Positions 48,650-59,048 of a stretch of 64,000 bases of DNA are shown piece by piece (position 1 is the stretch's first letter; each line of letters begins with the position of its first letter). The stretch comes from Amphiscolops sp. MND2022. Taxonomy: Eukaryota. The stretch lies in contig OZ076409.1 in NCBI GenBank assembly GCA_964187785.1, positions 29,886,001 to 29,950,000 on the forward strand, in the 5' to 3' direction. A model generated the notes under the pieces. It did no database searches and was not told the DNA's origin. It was given only the letters and a program-made list of their open reading frames with translations. Made by a program: the position numbers and the translations under genes.

Positions 48650-49700
48650 ACTACATATGCTTTTGCATTCGTCATTTACACGAAGAGACAATGAGCGTCA
48701 GCTTTTCCTATGCAAGTGTGAAGCAACTAGAAGTTGACAACTCCAGTTTTGAGACGTTATTGAGACTGGTGGTCTTTTTGTTTTTGTGTCAAACGCGAAG
48801 TGGAACATCTAGGTGAAAAGATTGGCAATGAAACCTGCACTATCAGTCATTCCAGTGAACAATTGGATGGGGAGTTGAGAGGACCGCATCTCACTGGACA
48901 TCATCTCTCAAACACCAGATGATTCATCGTCAACGAATTGTCCCTGTGGAAAGTCCAACAAAAACGAAGGGAACGCGAGCTACTCAATTTGCTGTAACAT
49001 GCGTCCGCTGGTATAACAGAAATTGCACCACATTGACGATCCAAGATATGAAACAGGCAGTGAATTTGTCTGGGACGTGTCATTGTCGCTCAGCTCCCCC
49101 TAAAGTTCGACGTTTTCCGCCAGTTATATGGATAGCATTTTCAAAGCAGTTGAAACCTAAGATGTCAAGTTAGCTTCAAAAGCAGTATACAAAGTCCATA
49201 ACATTCTCGTGTTCACTTTCGAAGAAGAACATAAAAACTCGCCTACTTTCTTGGATACGTTGGTTAGGAGATGAGCAAATCAGATTCCAACAACCTCATG
49301 TTCTGCCAAGGCGACAAAGACAAAACCAAGCGACACTGGAGATGATTTCGTTCCGCAGTGTGTCCCTGAAAAGGTACAAAAGAAAAATTGTCAAGGGAAC
49401 TGTTCGGTTGATCAAGCAGGCAACATCTTACTGGCAAAGGTTCTTTGGTCGCACAGAAAAAGCGAAGTAAACTTGGGAATTAGAATCCGCAATCTTTCTA
49501 CCATCTACCATGATATAGTCGCGAGATACCGGACAAGTCAATCAAGAAATCACAGAGCCAACATTCACGTACCAGTAGTGGAGGTCGAGAAAGTAATTTT
49601 TTTGGAAAAATTACAATCGAAGGAGTTCCGTTTTTACAACGAAAAAGTCAAATCGTGTCTCCCAAGTATGAAAGTTAATTTTCGGCAAGTGCCGAAAGGG
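48650..49700 (+). pseudogene. Penelope-like retroelement RT fragment with internal PHD finger
   Basis: KWNI*VKRLAMKPALSVIPVNNWM (motif B'); Cys-rich insert; SYMDSIF (motif C); VHNILVFTFEEEH....TFLDTLVRR; KPSDTG; YKRKIVKGTV...ATSYW (thumb). Confidence 0.8.
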
Positions 49701-51274
49701 CCGCAAGGTCCGATTCCAAGGGTTATACGCCGATTGCGCCAAAGTCGAACCTATTGCTGACGTACATTTATTCTGTAACTTGCAGCGTGCAGCGTGAATG
49801 TTCATTTTGTTCACATAGCCATCACTTTCAGAATTATTTACAAGATTTATCATTTTTTAGTTATCACTCAGGCTATTTAGTCGCCTATATGTATTTTTCA
49901 CCAGGGATTGAAAATCATGTATTGCATTTTTTTGTCTCCCTAGCACTCATTTAATGTTACTCAAAAACAATGTCGTTCATTTAATGCTTTCATTGTCATT
50001 AATTGTTGAAATCGAAATAAATGCTACACGTTATTGTCAATAGCCTTTGGGACTATTTATGTTCAAAAACAGCTGATATTCAAATTGTTCAGGTCTACGC
50101 CACTGTCGAAATTCTTCAAGGAAGAACTTTGCTTTACTAAAAACGCCGCGTTCCAAGATGACTTTCCGCATTCAGAGGAGGTTCGTCAATAGGTATTACT
50201 TTGGGTAGTGTAACTTATTGTTGAACAATAAATGCATTTAATGAAATACACAATACATTACTTTCAATCCCTGGTTTTCACTGCAAAATATGCCTAAATC
50301 GGAACATCCTCGCAGCTGCAAGAACTGCAGTATCACAACACAAATTATTGAAATTTTTAAAACTATAAAACAACAAACTGCACATCCTATGCAGTTATTG
50401 TACTAGCTCTTTTAAGTGCAGTGAAACGAATCATGTTAGGCACCATGTTAATGCAGATATTCACGAGAAAAATGTGTCAACAAAAGTGCAGCAAAAAGTC
50501 ATTTATTCATGATCGACCAAATTGTCATGACTCTACTGTTAAAAAGCTTATGTTCATTAAGTATAAGGAATCTCTTTGAGCAATAAAAAGTTGTTTCGCC
50601 AAAAAACAATGTTTTCCTAGCCAAAAGAGCAAAAACTGGGCCGATTTCGGAGCCAAAAATTAATTTTACAGGCCGAAATTTAAAGTTTTTATTCCTAAGC
50701 CACAATATTTCTTCCAAAAAATGCTTTGAAAGTCGAGTCGCCTACGATGTAATGTCCCTGTTGGAACGCCTGCTATGTCAGATAAATTATCCGTCATTTG
50801 ATGACTAGACTCTCGGTACATTTGAAGAATTTTTCACCAATTAGACAACATTTTGAAAGTTGCGGCGTGGGTTAATGGTCACTTGGTTTAGTCAATTGGC
50901 CTAAATTCATTTCAATTGAAATCGTTTGACTTAACGTCATTTTCGTTATGAATTTAGTCACTTGCTCAATTGTTTTGAACCAAATGTCTCAGCTACATGG
51001 TCACGTGATCTAAAACCATTTGGCTGAAAATTTCTGAGCTGGAAACGCGTCGCAGATTGTGTCGAAATTTTTATTATGAGGTAGTCAGCTATGTTCTCAG
51101 ATCCCTAAAGCCCTAAAGGCAGGAGCGAATTGAAGCGGAGCCATATCCAATGCCTCAGTGTTGCCACTTGGCGGTGGGTGGCAAAGCGACCGCGCCATAC
51201 AACAAATATGTCAACCATTTCAAAAATATTCAAAGCTCTTCTGCTGTTTGAGACCTATTTTGTAAATTTGGCTT

Positions 51275-52044
51275 TGTCGTAAGCACGCAGATTAGGTTGA
51301 CTACCATATTAGTAATCAAGATGTTAGTCACATCTAGTATTTTTCTTAGTTTTCTCACCATAAGTTTTTTCGGGATTAATTTCTGGTCCCTCAGACGGAA
51401 CATTCCACCTATTTTGTGTCAAATGGCCTGATCCGGCATTCAGGGCAGTTTGGATTTGAGGCAATATCTGATTACTTATTGCGTCACTGATAGCCTTTTG
51501 GATCTGGGTATTAACGCTTCCCATCATCTCGTCTAATTCTCTTGATTACCTTGAGTTCAATTCGCTTGACAGTTTATTTATCTCATCACTGGAATTCCCA
51601 CTTGCGGAATTTTGCCCATAATCTGCACTAGCACCTATGTTACGGTTTGAACACATTTCCCCATTGTCATTTTCAAAATTATTGCTAAGATACTGTTCAG
51701 GTTTTCCTCTCTATCTACATCACTAAAGTGATTTCCCCCAAACATCACGTTAAGATTCTCAATGTCCGAGAGCATCTCAAGTCCTCTAGACTTTCTAGCT
51801 TTCTTCTGTTTTCTAGTAGTAGGCATTGAAGAGAATCCAAGCAAAAGAATGAATTGTCTTGATTGGAAAACGTAATTTTTACGGTGTACTTCTAATGAAT
51901 ATTTTAACAAACTAAACAGCAGATAGCAAAACTCAGAATTAATTCCTCTCAGGAAAACGCCGGTATATATACCCCTGAGAGGGTGACAATCACATTTTTT
52001 ACAAATTACGCGGGTAAATAACATACTAAAGGCATAATATTACA
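51275..52044 (-). repeat. Putative 3' LTR of element D, containing a TATA box and a decayed ORF start
   Basis: TGTAAT...TACGACA; preceded by a purine tract; TATATATA at ~51965; ATG at 51826 (MPTTRKQKKARKSR...), with coding-like sequence running to the CA end. No matching TSD, so not a solo LTR. Confidence 0.55.
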
Positions 52045-52834
52045 CATTCCCTTTAGGTCACACATTCCTTGGGAATCACAACATCAACATTACACTGAAC
52101 ATCAAAGTATTAGCTGCAACTTCAAACAGATTAACCTACATCAACAAATCTACTTATTTCAAAAGTAGAAACAAAGATTTCATACTGCAAGAATGCAACA
52201 TTGGCACGTGTCCCCACGTGCCCCTTATCAAATCGAGCTAAGCCCAAAACGAATGGTAATTTGCATGCGTCTTTATAAGGCCCCAGTTCATCGGACTAGG
52301 TTTAATACTGCGCTGGACAAAATAGATTAGTACAAAGCATCTTAGCATAGAAAATGCAGCATTCTGTACAGTTGAGCCCGAATAGGCCAATAACCTCAAG
52401 GTCAAGTAAGCATCATCAAAGACAGGTCAATTGTCCTTAATTGTCTCAAAGTATCAAATCCAAGACAATGAAAGTTAACCTTTCATTAGAGTGACTACAT
52501 AGTACTAGCACATTAGTTTTAATCAATCAAACAAATAACTGGTATTAAAGCACCGAACACATGAAGTGGCCGGAATTGCCCGTTTGACTAAAATACTAGC
52601 TACGCGCCGTGTGATTGTGTCAAAGGGCCTCATTAGGCCATTATTTAAATATGTTCCAATACAACAAACACTGCACCCTGATTGGTTAAGGCTACGCGCT
52701 CAAGTGAGGCTTCCGGAACAGTGCGTCGCATCACTTGAACTCGTTTCTTCCTCTACTGCCGTATAGTTGTATTTGCTAACGTCGCATTGATTCATACACA
52801 GCATCTTATTACTAAACTTTAACAATTTGTTTAG

Positions 52835-53263
52835 CTAATCGAACAGTACTTTTAACAGACTAATAATAATAACCGTACATAAAACAAAACTTGATAATAT
52901 TAAAAGCAAGTGTTTATCCTTCATGTTAGTTTTAAAACATAGGTAAAGTGCCCGGTACGGCTTCTTGCCCGGACGTCGTAGTTGTAACCCTAGTGCCATC
53001 ACAGGCGGCAGCCTGCGACACTGCGGATGCCAAGAAAAGTAAGCTGCCGGCGTTGAGCCCATGTAAGCTACTCGTCTGATGTTTGTGATATAAGCAGGCT
53101 CTCCTCGTGGCGTAGCCCTATCCATATACCATTTTGTTTTTTGTTCTTTAATCTCGTCCACAGACATGCCGCACACCATACAATTGAGGCATCTCTGACT
53201 GCTTAAGTCCGCGTACGGCTGCGAGCTTTGTATGTGGTAGGACGCACGGAAACCATAATCCAT
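52835..53263 (-). pseudogene. Sense-strand accessory ORF of element D with CxxCxxC motif
   Basis: MDYGFRASY...CLNCMVCG...; one apparent frameshift near AY.G. Confidence 0.45.
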
Positions 53264-53960
53264 AGGTTGTGGCAGCGAGACGTCCTTTGAAGGTCCCCTC
53301 TCGAGATCAGGGGAAACAAGGGTGATTCTTTGACAGGCAATAGAGTTTTATATAGCTCTATCTTGGTTTTATTCTCTTTTTTCCTGGGGGACGCATAGCA
53401 CAGCTTTTTATCGAAATACTTTGGCCCCAACTTTGGGGTAAAAGACGGCTCCAGCTGAGAGTTGCTCGGCCTGGCGACCACTTCATCGTCAAGTCCTTCC
53501 ACGGTCATGGCACGTCCCCCAACGAGTATTGGGCTTGGTTTAACTTCGTGCTCTATTCTCTTGATTAGCTCTCTGTGTCTGTTGACCAGTTTCTTCATCA
53601 CTATCACTGGATATGGATAGATATGACCGAATCAGATGAATGGTCGGAGTGTTGTTACTCGAAGTCGATGAGCTTTCTATCCAAGTTGAACTTTTGCAAT
53701 ATTATCTTTTCGGCAATTTTGAAGGTTCAAGATGCGACTGCGTTATCCAACGCCTCAAGGCAGAATGAAATCACAGTAATTCGAGAGTCAAGCCGAATTG
53801 GCTTTTTTCCGGCAGTCCTAATTCGGCTGCTAAAACTTCGGTTGATCGTGCTGATTCGACGTAAACTTTCCTGAATAGAATTCCATCCGCTGTCGGCATT
53901 TTTTATGCGTCGATATTCATCCTTCATCAACATCATCACATAGAGAGGGGTGAACGACAC
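53203..53960 (-). pseudogene. Sense-strand accessory ORF of element D, unknown
   Basis: ORFs 53727..53960 and 53203..53607 are separated by stops or a shift; coding-like composition. Confidence 0.45.
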
Positions 53961-54726
53961 TCAAGTTGTTGTCATCAAATACACTCGTCTCAAGTGAGTA
54001 ATTAGCGGGTTGCTTGAGGCCACTTCACATAAAGCGTCGCTGGTCCCTCTGAAAATGGCTTCAGCCAATCAGAATTAAGCGTCGATAAAATCGAAAAATA
54101 AATAATAAAATGGCGTAAAGTATTTTTTCTAAAAAATTCAAAATGGCGAAAATTCTAACTAAGGGTAACAGGGATAACTGAACAAAACGACAAAACGAAA
54201 TAAGGTGAGCCGCCATAATTGGGCACTAACTTATCAAACTGTAAATGATGAAGAATCTCTCGTACACTTCGCTGGCAGACTCAAATGCACAAATTTGAAT
54301 ATGTAGATAACCTCAAAACATTAGTCTGGTAAAATCTTCAGTCACGAATTCCAACTTTTAATTTTCAATTGATTTACCCATTTCCAATTCCGCCATCACT
54401 TGTATTTGTAACCATTTGCAATTGTATTGATATCCTTGTCTTTTATCATCCGACTTCTGCTTCCGTTTGCTGGTATCACCCTTCTCTTCCTCGATCTGGA
54501 CTCAGTCCGCGTCATCTGAGGCCTCGCTAGTAATTTCACCCAGCAGTCAAACCGACAAAAGCATGTCTTCAAACACAGGGTTGGTCTGGATTTGATTTTG
54601 AACTGAATCAACTTGATCAAGGTTGAATTTGTTCACTTTCGCTTCCTGTTTCCATCGTAAGACACGTGTCATCACGTTTCAATCATTCTTTTAAGACACT
54701 TCCGGAAAATTTCAAAAGCGGTAAAA

Positions 54727-57159
54727 ATGGATTTCTTTCAAGGAAGCACACCGCTAAGGTTTATCCCCTTTCGTTTAGATAACATTCCCGAGGAAATTGA
54801 ACAGATACCAGAGTCTACTAGTGTTAGGACTACTGACAGTTGTGCTAATCAGCCGCCAGTTACTACTACTGAAGGTGAACCCCAAGAATTTCCTCTGAGC
54901 GTAGACAGTGAGACTGATGTGAACTCTTTCACTGAAGCAATGATCCAAATCATGGAGAAGGTTCAGTCTCCCATCCAAGAGGAATCCATCATAGCGCACC
55001 CAAGCACCAGCGGGCAAATCAATGACCGAGAACTGGAGATTGACCCAACCTTGCCTGAAGTTCGCAATCGAACGAGTACTCCCGTACCCGAGGAATACAC
55101 TGGCGGGAGGGATAGAGGTTCCACCTCTCTTGAAACCAATCTCCAGGTTGCTCCCACATCTAGGACCCAATTAACAGAAACTCCCAGACCAAGCCAATGA
55201 TGATGTAAAAACAAGGGAAGAACAGCAAGCGTCAGGGGAAGGTACTTCCTCCTCCCTTCATGATGCTCCCCCTTTGCCTGATGGTGTCAGCATTGTAAGA
55301 TACCTCACTGATCCAAGTGAATGAGAATTGCCCGAACGGAATGAAGACTCAAGCGTACCACTTCTGTGCACAGAAATCCCGCAGGGGGTTGAGTCTGGAA
55401 CTGAAGGTGGGGATGAGTCCAGCGCCTACCAGGTCGATCCAGCAATACCCAGTACTTCCACAGGCCAAACCCGTTTCAGGCTAAACGAATTGTTAGGGCG
55501 GAGCCGAGCTCTTCTAAAAGAGTATTTTGAGACTACGGAGGCTTTTCGTCTTCCACTCGGACATCCAACAGTGGCCTTTTCAGAGACTCAATTATATCAC
55601 TTTCTAATGATTCTCACTAATGAGACTATGAGCCTTACTAATACCACTATGGAAAAGATGATTTTAGATGCTTTGAGAGGACAGCCAACTACCAGTCAAC
55701 CCCGACCTGATCAATTCCCCGATTGAGGACCAGAGTGCAAACACCTGCAGGAGTGGACTCTAGTGACTCTAGTTTTGGGTCTGAGTCAGGTTCGGAGTTC
55801 CCTGAACGTTCTACTCCCGGGCAAATCCCTGAGGATATCACGAGTTGCGAGGAAAGCGATGGCGCCAATGAAATGGCACTCGTTTGAGCTTCGTTTGCAA
55901 AGCCGATCACGGCCGAGCCCCCACCTCGGCGAGTGCTACTATGCCTACTGTAAGTTCTACAGACGAAGTGAGATCGACTGGTTTTACTAGGCAGGATGTT
56001 ACCTTATCTGAGATTCGCGATCAGACTCGGGTTGGGAAATCCCAGGAAGAGCCTCCTTCCAAGAAGGTGAAGAAAACCAGGAAGGTGTCAGATAGAAGGG
56101 TGCCAATGCGCGAAGAATTTTTCCGAAAAATTAGTTGCACCAGGTCCTTCATTTCGGGATTCGCTGATCCGGTACACAATCCACTCATGGTTTGGTGCCA
56201 TATCTGCAAGCGCAATTTCTCAATTAAGACGAAAGGAACCCTCGAGATATTACGCCATCATCGAGGTGAAAAGCATCTGCGCCGAGACCAGAGGTGGCGT
56301 TATGAGCACCTCAAGGCAGCGGACCCCATAACGGGAAAGGTCCAGCATCGGGTAAGTGGTCGAGATGGGAAACTTCTCAATAAACTGAAGCCGGCTGATA
56401 AGCAGCCCAAGTTTTTCCACGCAGAACTTGTGGACATCGAGGAAAGATTCCTCTTTTACGACGACTTCATGAAGGGGCACACTACCGACGAACAGGTCAC
56501 TCCTGAGGCCCGAGCCAAAACGCAGATCTGCATTATAGCAGATTTCATAAAGACACAGGGAGACCTTTCCTCCTCCGAAATCTGTGAGCCCTAGCCAGTT
56601 CCTTCACAAACTACCAGGCTTCTTTATGTGACTTTGATTCGGGGGAAGAGAGACTCCTCACCGTAAGTATTCATTCTACTAGACCTTGAACTGCGTCCCA
56701 TGTTCGTTTCTGAGCTTACTGTTTTCTGTTTAGGTCATCTTTCAGCACTATTTCAACCGAGCAATGAAAGACATCGCTGAACAGATCACTAGCCAGCAAT
56801 GCTTTTCCGTTGAGTTCGAGAAGAAGAAGACCTTCAGATTCATGTCGGTACAATTATGGAAAGGCAATGCGCCATGCCGGGTCTTTGTGGGGCGCAGTGC
56901 CCTATCATCTGTAGATTCGACTGGTGAATTGGGCTGCCTGGCCTGACTGCTTTCTGTCACGTCTACACGGGTTCACATCGTTGCCTGTTCAGGGGATCCT
57001 GTTGGTCTGATCCAGACTCTCAATCAATCCTCTTTCTTCAACCGAGGAATCCAGACCTGTTTCCGATTCGACGGCTTGGACCTCCCCACTTTGATGCATA
57101 AGCTGAGCTATTCTGTGTTTGGAAAGATTGGATTCTTTTCGGTCCTCCAAGCTCTAATG

Positions 57160-57192
<33 letters not shown>

Positions 57193-58881
57193 ACTCACAT
57201 GGAGAACCATGGGCCCTGAAGTCCGCTAACCTCAGCCGAGTAAGTAAATCACTTTATAATTGGGTTATGGGACTAGATGGGCTAAGAGTGGAGGTTGGCG
57301 ACGTTTTGAGCCCCGTGCTTAACTAGGTTTGTCCTTTTCAGGCTATAGCCGCCAGCAAGTTGAACTTGCAGGAGATACCTGAGCTCTGTCGCGAATTAAT
57401 CGCCCATTGGAAATAAATTGCTCAGTACTTGACGAAATATTCTCCCAGGCAGGAAGGACAAGGAGTGCCGGGGTGAGTGGTTCATTTGAGTTTGGTTCTC
57501 TTTTAATCTCTTGTATATGGTTCAATTTCCTTATCTCGGGATCTGTCATAGCAAGATTTTCAGGACGTAGTTTTTGCTGCACGTGCAAAGTTTCGAGTGG
57601 TCACTTATTTGCGACGAGTTCTTTGTGGCCAAGTTGGAGTTTTTAGTAGTCTCCTCGTTAGTGATTGTTAGTAGACTCTGAATTACCTATGAGGCCAGTT
57701 GTATGTCCGAGTTTGGACATTTCCTTGTGTTTTCAGATGTAATCAGTTTCACAGTCAATCTGAGCCAGAGGCGAGACGCATCATTTTTCCTGTGTGGAGG
57801 GGTATGTCGCTTCATCCACAAATTGTGTTTTCGATGCTACACCCCTGATACCGCGCCTCTAGAGAATGCTTGGTTCGTCCTTCTTGCCTTCGAACCTTCG
57901 GAAGGGAAATACATGGGAGTGGATGAACTCCTCATTCGGTAAAAACTCACCAGCAGGATCAATACTGCCAGCAATCAGAAAGCCGAAGGGATCCACTCTG
58001 GGACACATGCTCCCCAGACCGTCATTCAGAAAACTGTTGAAACAGTAAAGACGAACTTTGTAACTAGCGCGTTCCAGTACATTGGCTACCTCATTGATGC
58101 TACCCTTCATCAGTCCGGTCTGATCTCAGATATTGTTAATGGTCTTGCTGCCTTTGATCGCTTTATTCTACATAAACGACCAACCGAAGTTGCTCATCGT
58201 CACATTGAGGCTTTGTACACTACCTTCCTCTTGCGTTCTTGGGTGACCAACGCAGACGAGTCCATTTACCGTACTGATTACTTTGAGCTTCTGGAATACC
58301 TCCGATCTACATATCCTCCCACTTTTGATTTTACAGAGACACAAGATCTGATTGGATTCCTGATGGGCCTTGAGTTTTTGCAAGATCGACCTCGCCTTTT
58401 GTATTTGTTCAAGCTTTGTTGTCTTTGCATTACTACTAGCAGCCCTCATTACCAGCCGTCGTTATCGGGGACATCAATACTTTCAATTTTAAAGGGCGTT
58501 TGACTGATGTAGCGCTCCCATCGCAGAGCTACATGGTTGGGGTGCCCGATTCGGTTGCCAGTTGCAGCAGTGACGATAGTATGGCTAAGTTTTCTCTTCT
58601 ATTGGTCGACTTTCGACGAGCCGCATTTGCCAACGACTACAACACATGGACTTTTGTTGATTCAGTTGGACGGTCTAGAATCTATAAGTCTCTGTTGTCT
58701 TCTTACAAGGCTGCTTCTGTTGTGTCAGGACTATGGAAGAAACTACGTCATCGAGTGCCCTAAGCAAGCAACCTGCTTTGGGTATCCCTAGTAGTACGAA
58801 GAGGAAGCGTTCTGGGAGTGCCGAAACTGGGTCCACAACTTCCTCTGTAAGAGGCGTCTCTGGGCAGGATTCGTCAAAGTA
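54727..58881 (+). pseudogene. Intron-containing antisense gene, BED-like zinc finger / hAT-transposase-like
   Basis: Acidic/ST-rich N-terminus; basic PPSKKVKK; WCHICKRNFSIKTKG..EILRHH..EKH finger; GT-AG introns 56663-56733, 57240-57341 and 57473-57736; C-terminal RPRLLYLFKLCCLCITTSS resembles the hAT dimerisation region. Confidence 0.7.
57160..57188. repeat. (CT)n microsatellite
   Basis: About 14 CT units. Confidence 0.95.
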
Positions 58882-59048
58882 GTTGTTTGGACATGTGTAT
58901 TTATGTACTTTCCGGACTCAAGCCCTGTATTTATTCGTCTGAAAAGGGGTCATTCATTCGTCCCATTGTTTATTCAAAAGATACCGTTATGGGACCATTA
59001 AAAAAGAAGAAGATAGAAGAAAAGAAAGTCCTGGGCTCGTCTCTGAGC

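Noticed and set aside
49760..50345. Degenerate inverted repeat (ACCAGGGATTGAAA...GTATTG at ~49900 versus ~50251-50276)
   Set aside because: Probably an old MITE, but its ends and TSD could not be defined.
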